A stretch of DNA of 64,000 nucleotides, taken from the NCBI GenBank assembly GCA_965657355.1, contig CBFHOE010000011.1, positions 43,004-107,003 on the forward strand, read 5' to 3'. This DNA comes from Limisphaerales bacterium. GTDB taxonomy: Bacteria; Verrucomicrobiota; Verrucomicrobiia; Limisphaerales; JAJOIW01. The position numbers and the translations under genes were made by a program. Of the stretch, positions 39,792 to 49,584 are shown in pieces. Within the stretch, counting starts at the first letter, position 1. The number at the start of each line of letters is the position of its first letter. Below the pieces are notes generated by a model. It was not told where the DNA came from, did not search any database, and saw only the letters and a list, made by a program, of their open reading frames with translations.

Positions 39792-40670
39792 TTACAGAGC
39801 GCTTTTTATATCATTGATTAAAGCCATCATTTTTTGTCCGTATTGAACGTAATTATCGAACTGTGCTTTTGGGTCTGCAGTCACCGAGGCGTCATGGAAA
39901 ACGACAGCCATATGAGGTTCAATGGAAATACCGGCGTCGTATCCCCTCTGAAAAGCGTCTGTCAGTATCTCTTTTACCTTTGCCTGACCTTCGCCCGGGA
40001 AAGTGTAGGTCGCATCATTCTTGTCATGGTTCCATATACAATCTTTTATATGAATGTGTACAACGTGTTCTCGCACGTTGCGCCAGAACTCCCAGGGATC
40101 CTGCCGCGGGCGCGGTTCAGGCTTTGAGTAATCAGGATTAAAGACCGGATTTGCGGTATCAAAAACAAGTTTTAAGCCAGGAACTTTTTCCAATAGCTCT
40201 AATGTGTTGTGATAACTCATACCACCATAATTCATGCAATTTTCATGCACAGGCTGAAGCCCTTCATCTAAAAATCTTTTGGTTATTTCTGAAACTCTTT
40301 TAATCCTTTCATCCGCCATTTGGTCTTCATCATCGCGTATGGCATAGGACATAATTCTCACAAATTTGGTACCTAATCGCTTCATTCTGGGAATTGCCCT
40401 TTCAACTTCAGATGTATCAAAAGGTTCGTCTATCTTCTTTCCCCAATTAGCAATAGTCGAGCCGAAGGCGTATATTTTTACCCCGCTGGCTTCCAATAAT
40501 TCAGCAGCTTTATCAAAGGCTTCTTCGGAAATGTCATGAAGATTTGATTTTTCAAATCCCTCAATTTGAACATTTCTAGCTTCGATGTTTTCCCATCCAA
40601 GAGCTTTAGTGGCTTCGATCTGTGTCTTCAGGAGATCTCCTGCTTCATCTGCTATACCTGTAAGTATCAT
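39792..40670 (-). CDS. Sugar phosphate isomerase/epimerase family (xylose-isomerase-like TIM barrel)
   Basis: GIADEA, HENC, FDTAN, HIHIKD, PGEG, SIEPH metal-binding motifs. Confidence 0.88.
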   Translation of the reverse strand: MILTGIADEAGDLLKTQIEATKALGWENIEARNVQIEGFEKSNLHDISEEAFDKAAELLEASGVKIYAFGSTIANWGKKIDEPFDTSEVERAIPRMKRLGTKFVRIMSYAIRDDEDQMADERIKRVSEITKRFLDEGLQPVHENCMNYGGMSYHNTLELLEKVPGLKLVFDTANPVFNPDYSKPEPRPRQDPWEFWRNVREHVVHIHIKDCIWNHDKNDATYTFPGEGQAKVKEILTDAFQRGYDAGISIEPHMAVVFHDASVTADPKAQFDNYVQYGQKMMALINDIKSAL

Positions 40671-40690
40671 ATTAATTGGTTTATTTATTT

Positions 40691-41845
40691 TTACTTGTTA
40701 AAAGACTTGGCAAAATCTTCATTGGATACCTCTGCCACTTTTTTGACGTGAGTCGAATTTTCAATTAATTCATTGAGCTTGGCTCCGTATGCAGAACTGT
40801 CAAGAGGTAGGTCTACAGTTGAATCCACAAGCGAAGAATAAAGGATTGAATTGGCTAATTCTATAGAATGAAGTCCATCTTCTCCACGACATATGAGTTT
40901 CTCACCATCAAGGATTGCGTTCACAAAGTTTTGCATCAATGTGGCGTGTTGAGCAGGTGAATCACTAAATGGCACTTCGCAATTCCAAATATCTGGCTTG
41001 AGAAAACCAATTTTAGATGTCTTACAGTGCGTTATCATTGATTCCTCATTTTTTACCACAGTGATTTTATCTTTTTCCAAAACCAGCTTTCCCAGTGTCC
41101 CAGCAATTTCAAGACGATTAGTTCCGGGTGCCTCACCAGATGATGTCACAAATATACCAGTAGCCCCACCGGGAAACTCAAGGTAAGCAGTTACATTATC
41201 TTCAACCTCAATATCATGGAAACGCCCAAGCTGACAAAAACTTCTGACCTTTGAAGGCATACCCAGCAGCCATTGCAAAGAATCCAAATTGTGAAGGCAC
41301 TGGTTTATCAAAACGCCACCACCTTCTCCTTTCCAAGTGGCACGCCACCCACCGGATTGATAATAGGCTTCTGTCCTATACCAATCAGTGATTATCCAGT
41401 TCATTCTAACAATGTCCCCAAGCTCTCCCTTCTCCAAAATAGATTTGATCTTCTGGTATCTCGGCTCAGTTCTCAGTTGAAACATTGCACCAAAAACAAG
41501 ACTGGAATTTTTCTTACTGGCTTCAATTAATTTCTCAGCATCCGCTTTATGAGCGGCTATTGGTTTCTCAACCATGATATGAAGACCTTTTTCAAGAGCA
41601 GCAACACCGAGGGAAGCATGTTGGTAATGAGGGGTAGCGATCATAATAGCATCGCAAAGACCACTATTAATAAGCTCTATGCCATCACCGAAAATGGCAA
41701 CAGGCTTGTATTTTTCTAATTTCTGCGGGGAGGTGCTGCATACAGCTGTGAGTTCGCACCGGTTGACTTTTCCTTTCAGTAAGTAGTCCGCGTGGTAGGC
41801 GCCCATATTGCCCATACCTATGATTCCAACTCTAACCTTTTCCAT
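40691..41845 (-). CDS. Gfo/Idh/MocA family oxidoreductase
   Basis: VGIIGMGNMG, ATPHYQH, VEKP, WRATWKGEGGGVLINQCLHNLD. Confidence 0.92.
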   Translation of the reverse strand: MEKVRVGIIGMGNMGAYHADYLLKGKVNRCELTAVCSTSPQKLEKYKPVAIFGDGIELINSGLCDAIMIATPHYQHASLGVAALEKGLHIMVEKPIAAHKADAEKLIEASKKNSSLVFGAMFQLRTEPRYQKIKSILEKGELGDIVRMNWIITDWYRTEAYYQSGGWRATWKGEGGGVLINQCLHNLDSLQWLLGMPSKVRSFCQLGRFHDIEVEDNVTAYLEFPGGATGIFVTSSGEAPGTNRLEIAGTLGKLVLEKDKITVVKNEESMITHCKTSKIGFLKPDIWNCEVPFSDSPAQHATLMQNFVNAILDGEKLICRGEDGLHSIELANSILYSSLVDSTVDLPLDSSAYGAKLNELIENSTHVKKVAEVSNEDFAKSFNK

Positions 41846-41859
41846 AAATTACTGTCAAA

Positions 41860-42459
41860 ATGCCTTGGAATTATGAAAAATTCGATATCAAAATAGAAAA
41901 TATGGATAAGGGAAGGTCAAAATGCACACCAGGCAAAAAAAATGTTGGCAAATCTAAAATGTTGCCGTTTTTGACCCTTCTTTTAATTCTTCCCCTCTTT
42001 TTTGTATCCTGGACCGGGCCTTCATTCGGAATGGCGGTTACTAAAAAATTTATCCAGACTATTTTCCCAACAGTTGAACACATTAATTCAAAATATGCCC
42101 TGGAGCTTTACACCGGAAGCATTGATGAAAAACCTAAAGGACTATTTGTTGATGTTAGATCAAAAAAGGAGTTTGCAGTGAGCCGTATTCCAGGGGCCTT
42201 GCATATCGAGCGACCCTCAAAACTGGACAGAAATACGAAACTAAAACTTAAAAATAACTCAAAAATTATAGTCTACTGCGCGGCAGGATATAGATCGTCT
42301 GAGGCTTGTAAAGCGCTGGAGAAGCAAGGAGTCTTGAATACCATAAATCTCAATGGTGGGATCATAGACTGGGCAAACAATGGAAATCCAATAACCTCCA
42401 AAAAAGTTGCCCCACACACGCCCACAGGCAACTGGTTATTAAAGAAAAAATTCCGCTAA
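41860..42459 (+). CDS. Rhodanese-like domain protein
   Basis: VDVRS.KEF.VSRIPGA, active-site YCAAGYRS, NLNGGI.DW; the true start is probably the ATG at 41959 (signal or TM segment). Confidence 0.85.
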   Translation: MPWNYEKFDIKIENMDKGRSKCTPGKKNVGKSKMLPFLTLLLILPLFFVSWTGPSFGMAVTKKFIQTIFPTVEHINSKYALELYTGSIDEKPKGLFVDVRSKKEFAVSRIPGALHIERPSKLDRNTKLKLKNNSKIIVYCAAGYRSSEACKALEKQGVLNTINLNGGIIDWANNGNPITSKKVAPHTPTGNWLLKKKFR

Positions 42460-42495
42460 AAAATCCTATTTCATTCTAAGGATAAGTAGCAAAGG

Positions 42496-45400
42496 TCATT
42501 TGCCCTTATACGATCCTGTAGATTCTATAATATCAAAAAAACCATACCCATCAGCGTTTTCGGGTATTGGAAACACGAACTCTGACAAAGAACCAATGAT
42601 CTGCCAGCTTCGTATAAATTTCCAATCGCTGAGGTCAGAAGAGTGTTTAAGTCTCCATGTGGCGTTAGGCCGGGCGGCCATTCTTATATCCAAATATTTT
42701 GTTGGAGTTACAAAATGAGTCGATCTGTTCGGATTGATAGCAGCCGGCTCAACGAACTTGATCCTAAAGGTGTGGGGAACAGATGGAGGAACTGGTCCAA
42801 AGAGTTGAGGATTTGCCTGTGTCATCTCAGACATCGTAATCGAATCAAAGTGGTAATTCAGCAACCCACCAGCGCTCACAGAGTCATCAGGATACAGATC
42901 ACGTTTATTTCCTCCTTGATATGCATAGTTATCACCAACAACGACAAAGTTTGTTTCGTCAGGAGAGCCAATGTAGGAAGTGGGCATTGACATTTCAGCA
43001 ATTTCCCCCGAAACAAAAGCATTTGCTGAGCCAATAAATTCCCAAGACCAATCACTTCCGGAGCCTGTATATTTAAATATATAATTACTCTGCACCAAAT
43101 ATTCGGCACCGAGATCGGTAAAAAGCTGATTATGCCGAAAGCCAGTAGTTGGGTTAAGGTCTACATCTAAAAAAATATTATATGCCCAATTAAATTCAAT
43201 ATCTGTCGCATTCTCTATGGCTATGAATAACTCAGTATCAGAGTGGGCCATTATTACACGCACCAGGTCAGCCTTATTAAAGTCATCTATTTGATCAATG
43301 GGATCAAGCGGATAAGGAGCCAGACTTTCCCAGTCATCAAGATTTCCATCAATGAGTAAATCTTGGGCAAGCCCGTTAGAAACTTTCATATTGTTATTAT
43401 TGTTCGGATCAAAAACCGTTATCTCAATAATGGCTATTTGAGAGTCGTCCACGCCATCACTCACCAGAAAGGAAAAAGTATCCACCCCAGAAAACCCTTC
43501 ACTTGGTGTGTAGACCTGACTAGATGATAACCCTGACAGGATTCCATTCTGCGGCTGAGAGGTAATTTGGTATGTCAAACTGTCATTGTCTGCGTCGATT
43601 CCTTGTAAAGTAATGTTCAACGATTCACCTGCATTCATAGAAAACGCCGCCGGTTGGGCAATAGGTATGGAGTTCACTGACTCAGAGAAAAATTTATAAG
43701 TAAAGTAGCCCGTATTGCTTGAAAAAATATCATCGGGAAATAAGTCTAATCCTGAGCCATCGGGATACGCACTATTATCTGCCAGTAGGACTAATCGTAT
43801 TGAAGTCACACCCTCGAATAATGATCTGCTTATACACAACTCCACATCAGCACCACTGACGGCTGCATCGATGTTGGAAATTTGTTCCCAAGTCCAATCA
43901 AGTCCACTACCCGCATACTTGTATATAAAATCTCCTTGAACTAGCAAGTCGGCTCCAATATTGCCTATAGTATAACCTGTCAAGGAAGAGCTATCTGAGT
44001 CGATGAATGTGTTATGCGCCCAATTAAGCGGAGCTGCGTTACTAGAAGAATAGAAGATGAAAAGTTTTGCATCATTATGAGCTACGGTCAAATTTGTATA
44101 ATCCAGTAAATCATTAGTATTTAAGAGATCTACTGGATCCCGCCCGATCGATTCCAATCCTTCCCACTCGGATGAATCACCATCAATCAAAGCTGGCCTG
44201 AATAGGTAATTATATTCAGGATCTCCATCAGTAATATTATCAGAATTAATATTTACGGTCACAAGGCCATCGGCTGTCGCTCCCTTATTATCAGTAACCG
44301 TGTATATGAGTTGATCTGTACCTAAGAAATCCGGATTAGGGGAATAAGTGAGTAATAATTCATTTAGTGAAAAAGCTCCATTTTCCGGTGTCTTGAATAT
44401 AGTAATATCAGAAATCAAACCATCATAGTCACCAGCTTGAAGTTGAACAGTAATCGGCTGCCCCTGAAGAGTTGTCACATCCTGGTCCAGCGCATATGGC
44501 ACTAAATTCGTAGTCGATCTTATTTGAACGGCATAGTTTCCAATATCTTTGAAATTAATGATCGCCCCCGTCGAGGTGTATGTTGTGTCCCCAGAGGATA
44601 TGACTTCGAATGCACCTAATGTGAAGGATTTAAATTCGACAATAGCTTGCCCATGACCTTCGACAACAAAGTCCAGAATTGTCCCATTACCAGAAATAGA
44701 AATGAGCTCAAGATTGGAACCAAGACTTGCCACCTTAGTCACATCTTCAGGTGATCGCCCTGTGGTTATGGAAAAGTTTCCACCATCAGCTGGTAAAAAC
44801 AACTTATTACCATCATAAGCATAATGATTCCCAGCCGATGTTATTGTTTTACCAACAGGTAATTCTAATGAGAGTCCCCCAAGTTCACTTCCTCGAACAG
44901 CAACGTCAATTTTATCGAAATCTATGTATTCAACTAAGACCTCAGAATTTTTAAATGAAGTGAATCTTTTTGTGTAATCGCTAAGCGTGATGAATTCAAA
45001 CCCTGCCGCCGATGCATAGGCAAGTATGTCTTCATATGGCTTAGGATCGTAGTTTGGGGAATTAAAGGGATTCATTAATCCATAGTCGTGCCAAAGCCAG
45101 TGCAAAGTTGGCTGCCTAGTATTAGTCGACTGCTTATCAAATTCATCAATCCAAGTTTGAGAAAATTCCTCTAAATTGAGTTGTTGAATACTCCCCAAAA
45201 CAAAATCTGGGGTCATATTCAAGCTAAAATAAACGGTATCCTCATCCGGTGTCAGGTGGCCAATGCCGAGACTTTGGACGTGCCTTGAATCACTGTAAAG
45301 CGTATGGCCAGAAATGTAATCGAAATTCGATTTTATATTATCATAAACATACAAGTTTTCATCCTCACCAGGGATACCTGTCCCATTGACGGAGATTTCT

Positions 45401-46581
45401 AAGTTTTCAGAAATCTCAATCTTTGATTGGAGAAATTCAAATTCTAGTTCACTGGGACTTAAGAGCTTTGTATTATTTGGGTGAGTATAACTGTGGGTGC
45501 CTATTTCATTTCCAATCGCTATATAATCTTTATAAAGAGGCCCCGAAAGATCCCAGTTTGTATATTCTCCAAGTTGCTGATCATTGCCTATATTTATGTA
45601 AAATGATCCGTTGAAATCGTAATCAGCTTTCCATCGCTTTAAGTAATCAAGCTGAGGTACTTCTACAGTCTCTATGGCAGATGCAAATCTGGATAAATCC
45701 ATATCATTTCTAGGTATAAATAATCCGCCTTCTCTAGTCATACTGAGATGAATATTACTTTGGGGGTTGCCAGAATCTGAAACGGCCCATTTTATAGCTG
45801 CCCAAAGTATCTTGGAATCGATCATTTTTTTCATGTCTGCAAAATGAACGAATTTCCCTCTTCCTCTGGTTCCGGATTGAATGGCTATCTTATTTTCATT
45901 GTTAATATTAAAAATCGCAATTTGGTCTGATTCATTGCCAGCCGAAGGTATAAATTCCTGAAAAAATGTAGAATTATATTCCGCGAGTCTTTCAGGTGCT
46001 TCAATCATACTGATGATTGGATGATCTATATCAGGCGCTGACATGGTGATGTCGTTTTGATAGCCAAAAACTCCGAACTCAAGACCAAATATTTCTTCCA
46101 TGGCTAATTCAGTATTAAAATCTTGGTATTGGCCAGAGGCGTTGTATGAAAAAAATGCACCTGCCGCGACTATGGAAACCCCATAATCTTCCAAGAGTGA
46201 TTTAATATTAATCCTGTAGGTGTCGACCTTCGTTTGATCCACAACTTGGAGTGCAGGTATGATTATTGCTTTGTATTTGCTTAATTTATTAACGTCACCC
46301 AGATCGGACTCTTTGATTAAATCAAACGGCACTCCAGCCTGAATGGATTGAGATTGGACAGAGGTATACAATTGGCGAAACTCGAATGGATAGCCGAAGT
46401 AATCCTCGGAGTTTTTGGAGTATAAGATTCCAATCTTGGTGGAAATCATTTCCCCATGTGATGAGTATCCCAACAAAGACTGAATAAGTAAAAAAGCAAC
46501 CCACAAATGATGGATTGTTTTTCCCGGCGAATGCAAAACTGATCTTATTCTGGCATTAGAGTCTATGATTTCTAGTTTCAT
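42496..46581 (-). CDS. Large secreted modular protein: GATase-like domain, polysaccharide deacetylase, two (Ig-like + beta-sandwich) units, C-terminal module
   Basis: AGVPFDLI.ESDL.D..KL..Y.AIIIP; PRNDMD and EIGTHSYTHP (NodB-like); two Ig-like repeats with YSPNPDF.GTD / YTPSEGFSGVD; two IDG...W..DP.D / GA.YLV...YKY.GSG.DW.W modules. Confidence 0.75.
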   Translation of the reverse strand: MKLEIIDSNARIRSVLHSPGKTIHHLWVAFLLIQSLLGYSSHGEMISTKIGILYSKNSEDYFGYPFEFRQLYTSVQSQSIQAGVPFDLIKESDLGDVNKLSKYKAIIIPALQVVDQTKVDTYRINIKSLLEDYGVSIVAAGAFFSYNASGQYQDFNTELAMEEIFGLEFGVFGYQNDITMSAPDIDHPIISMIEAPERLAEYNSTFFQEFIPSAGNESDQIAIFNINNENKIAIQSGTRGRGKFVHFADMKKMIDSKILWAAIKWAVSDSGNPQSNIHLSMTREGGLFIPRNDMDLSRFASAIETVEVPQLDYLKRWKADYDFNGSFYINIGNDQQLGEYTNWDLSGPLYKDYIAIGNEIGTHSYTHPNNTKLLSPSELEFEFLQSKIEISENLEISVNGTGIPGEDENLYVYDNIKSNFDYISGHTLYSDSRHVQSLGIGHLTPDEDTVYFSLNMTPDFVLGSIQQLNLEEFSQTWIDEFDKQSTNTRQPTLHWLWHDYGLMNPFNSPNYDPKPYEDILAYASAAGFEFITLSDYTKRFTSFKNSEVLVEYIDFDKIDVAVRGSELGGLSLELPVGKTITSAGNHYAYDGNKLFLPADGGNFSITTGRSPEDVTKVASLGSNLELISISGNGTILDFVVEGHGQAIVEFKSFTLGAFEVISSGDTTYTSTGAIINFKDIGNYAVQIRSTTNLVPYALDQDVTTLQGQPITVQLQAGDYDGLISDITIFKTPENGAFSLNELLLTYSPNPDFLGTDQLIYTVTDNKGATADGLVTVNINSDNITDGDPEYNYLFRPALIDGDSSEWEGLESIGRDPVDLLNTNDLLDYTNLTVAHNDAKLFIFYSSSNAAPLNWAHNTFIDSDSSSLTGYTIGNIGADLLVQGDFIYKYAGSGLDWTWEQISNIDAAVSGADVELCISRSLFEGVTSIRLVLLADNSAYPDGSGLDLFPDDIFSSNTGYFTYKFFSESVNSIPIAQPAAFSMNAGESLNITLQGIDADNDSLTYQITSQPQNGILSGLSSSQVYTPSEGFSGVDTFSFLVSDGVDDSQIAIIEITVFDPNNNNNMKVSNGLAQDLLIDGNLDDWESLAPYPLDPIDQIDDFNKADLVRVIMAHSDTELFIAIENATDIEFNWAYNIFLDVDLNPTTGFRHNQLFTDLGAEYLVQSNYIFKYTGSGSDWSWEFIGSANAFVSGEIAEMSMPTSYIGSPDETNFVVVGDNYAYQGGNKRDLYPDDSVSAGGLLNYHFDSITMSEMTQANPQLFGPVPPSVPHTFRIKFVEPAAINPNRSTHFVTPTKYLDIRMAARPNATWRLKHSSDLSDWKFIRSWQIIGSLSEFVFPIPENADGYGFFDIIESTGSYKGK

Positions 46582-46928
46582 ATTATGAGTCCTCTTTGAA
46601 AGCCTCGTAATTGATGAGCTAATGAGATTCTCAAAAACGTAGAGCAGTACTAAAAATCGACAAATAACACCTCAACTGTTCTATTTTAGGGCAAAAAGGC
46701 TAAATTTCTCAAAATTAAGAAAACAAAATAGAATCAATAGCTTTCACAACCAGCTTATTAATAATGGTTTGCGGGATTTCATGGTTTAAATAAAATAAAA
46801 ACCAAATCAAAATCTAAGTGTCTATGTGTCCTTTTTTAGAACAATGGGAGACAGTTTTATAAAAAATGATCACGCCTGACTGGCAATATCCAAAACCTAT
46901 TGATTATCAGTAGGTAATAACTAGTATT

Positions 46929-47831
46929 ATGATGTGTCATCCACCGATAAATATGAAAGATTTTAAAGCACTATTATCAGTATTCGCATTTCTTTTCATC
47001 ATTCCAACTTTTGCCGACGAGCTTGATAATTTAATTTCCTCTCACGAGGCTATCAAAATTGCAGGTGGATTTCGTTTCACCGAAGGCCCTGTCGCGGACA
47101 AGAGTGGCAATGTCTTTTTTAGCGATATCCCAACAAGCAAAACTTACAAGTGGAATGCTGATACTGGAAAAGTCTCAGTCGCAAGAGAAAATACTCATGA
47201 AGGAAACGGGATGCGAATGGATAAGAATGGGATTAGGTATACCTGTGAGCATGCCTCACGAAGTATCACAGCAACTTTGCCCAACGGAGAAGTGATTACT
47301 GTCGTAAATGCATATGAGGGCAAAAAACTAAACAGCCCAAATGACCTGTGGTTCGATCCTAAAGGTGGAATATACTTTACTGACCCTCGCTATGGAAAAG
47401 CCAGTAACCTTGAGCAGGACGGTTTCCACGTTTACTACAAATTCCCCCAAAGCTCCCGAGTCATAAGAGTTTGTGATGATCTTGTAAAGCCAAATGGAAT
47501 AATAGGTACTCCAGACGGTAAGCAGCTCTACGTGGCTGATCTCGGTGATAGGAAAACTTATGTTTACAAAATTAATGGTGATGCAACTCTCACTCACAAA
47601 AAACTCTTTGCGGAATTGGGTTCAGACGGAATGTCTATGGATTCAGATGGAAATCTCTATTTGACATCCGGTGCTGTTCATATCATCTCCCCTCAAGGAA
47701 AGCGGCTTGGACAGATTACAACCCCAGAAAGCCCAGCAAATGTTACCTTTGGCGGAAAGGACATGAAAACCCTTTTTATTACGGCAAGAACTTCGCTTTA
47801 TGCCATACGCATGAAAGTCACTGGGCAGTAA
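46929..47831 (+). CDS. SMP-30/gluconolactonase/LRE family protein
   Basis: FTEGP, FSDIP, LNSPNDL, YFTDP.YG, KPNGI, DGM.MD..GNLY, PANVTFGG; signal peptide (start may be 46953). Confidence 0.92.
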   Translation: MMCHPPINMKDFKALLSVFAFLFIIPTFADELDNLISSHEAIKIAGGFRFTEGPVADKSGNVFFSDIPTSKTYKWNADTGKVSVARENTHEGNGMRMDKNGIRYTCEHASRSITATLPNGEVITVVNAYEGKKLNSPNDLWFDPKGGIYFTDPRYGKASNLEQDGFHVYYKFPQSSRVIRVCDDLVKPNGIIGTPDGKQLYVADLGDRKTYVYKINGDATLTHKKLFAELGSDGMSMDSDGNLYLTSGAVHIISPQGKRLGQITTPESPANVTFGGKDMKTLFITARTSLYAIRMKVTGQ

Positions 47832-47844
47832 ATAATAGCAGAAA

Positions 47845-48627
47845 TTAAACACCCATATTTGAATAATATTTAGCGATCCTGCGAGCGTGCTCGTCATAGG
47901 CTGCCTCAAATATCTCAGCTGCACGACTCGCACCAACCACAGCTCCTGCAGCTAGCGCATACGGAGGAGATCCTGCCTTTGTCATTCTATCGGCGACTTC
48001 AGCTTTAATGGCATTGACCAAGAGACACCCACCGATTGTGGAGCCAGGAGAAACTGGCATTTCCAAATTCTTGATACTCACCATCGCATCCCCCACCGGA
48101 GCCCCGGTATCCAATATGTAATCAGAGAAGTCCGTAAGTTTTTTACCATCTGCTCTTTTACTGGTCGAAGCTTCGGAGTGTTTTTTACTGACCAGGCCTA
48201 CAACTGGTATATTATGCTTTTGAAACAGCTCAGCCATCTCTATAGGGACAACATTGCATCCGCTCGAAGACACAACCAAAGCTGCTCCTCCAACTCGAAG
48301 GTCAAAATTCCGTAAAATTTTTTCAGCTAGTCCCGGTATATTCTCCAAAAACATTGCCTGCCTTTGACCATTAGCCCCAACGACAAGGTTATGAAAAGTC
48401 AGGGAAAGCTCAACGATGGGATTAAACCCAGGAAAACTTCCATATCTTGGCCACATCTCTTCGACTAATATGCGACTGTGACCAGACCCGAAAACATGAA
48501 CCATTTTTCCATCAAGAATTTGGCTGGAAAATAGGTCTGCGACCTTTTGTATGGTGTTCATTTGGTTCTTAACAGATTCAACCAGTCCCTGGGATTGATT
48601 CAAAAATGATTCTGCCGGTGATTGCAT
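47845..48627 (-). CDS. SIS-domain sugar isomerase-like protein
   Basis: VHVFGSGHS, PRYGSFPGF, VSSSG.N..PIEMA, D.G.P.GDA. Confidence 0.85.
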   Translation of the reverse strand: MQSPAESFLNQSQGLVESVKNQMNTIQKVADLFSSQILDGKMVHVFGSGHSRILVEEMWPRYGSFPGFNPIVELSLTFHNLVVGANGQRQAMFLENIPGLAEKILRNFDLRVGGAALVVSSSGCNVVPIEMAELFQKHNIPVVGLVSKKHSEASTSKRADGKKLTDFSDYILDTGAPVGDAMVSIKNLEMPVSPGSTIGGCLLVNAIKAEVADRMTKAGSPPYALAAGAVVGASRAAEIFEAAYDEHARRIAKYYSNMGV

Positions 48628-49495
48628 AGTTCAATCTTATACATTTAATACCGGCTCACATCCATCTGAATCATGGCTATATTTCGAAATATGAACATTT
48701 CACCAATTAGCTCTCAAAATCATAATTATGTATAGAACCTTAAAATAAAAACTAAATGGTTTGTTTATTTATTTTGCCGAAAAAAGCCCTGTTTTAACCT
48801 CTTTATTTTAAATTCAGAGCCAGCCTGATCAGCCAAAACTTTGATAACTATACAAAATGGCCCTAAGAGTAAATCAGGTCACTTAAAATACTTAGGTTGA
48901 AACCTCAAGGGATCATTTTCACAAACTCGTCACTGCTTGGCAAAATGCTAAGGATTTAAAAGAAGCGTTGGATATATAAGATTAGCCGCAAAATTATGGA
49001 ATAAATACTTTTTACTTCAACCTACTCCTATTAGATAACTGTCTTTATGCGGGCAAATACGATGCCCGGTCCAAAAGCACATTGGCGTGCACTTCTTACC
49101 AAATCCAAATAGTAACAAATTGATAGTCGAATGAGAGAACCGTTCGCATGCATAACCAAGAGAATGGACTTAGACAAAGGGACTTTCTTTAAACTTATTA
49201 AAGGTTTCAGGATCTGGATGCACTTTTTATTTTAGTCGAAAATACAAATGCGTTAGGAGCTTTTTGTATTTGATAAAACAATCATGATATAATGTAAGAG
49301 GCACCATAAATTCACAAAAAGAAATGTAGGTTTCTTTACTGTTGATAAAAAAGCAGGTCCCTCGTTCACACCTGAAAACATGAATGGAAATCATCTGAAG
49401 TGTCATTTTCTCAAAAAACCAAAAATAGTGATTAAGCTATCCTCCATTAGAAAAATTTGATGGTTAATTTGTAATCAATCCAAGTCTGAACAATC

Positions 49496-49524
49496 TTGAA
49501 ATCAGCTAATCAAGGTGACATTAT
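49496..49524 (+). promoter_or_regulatory. Possible sigma70 promoter of the sulfatase gene
   Basis: TTGAAA, 17 bp spacer, CATTAT with TG at the extended -10 position. Confidence 0.35.
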
Positions 49525-49584
49525 GGTGGACTATAAATCCTTTGTCCTAAGCGGTGTTAACTACCAATTAAAAATTAGCCACTG

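Noticed and set aside
49047..49112. Small ORF MRANTMPGPKAHWRALLTKSK as a leader peptide
   Set aside because: No clear RBS, attenuator or amino-acid bias, and it is far from the next gene; unsupported
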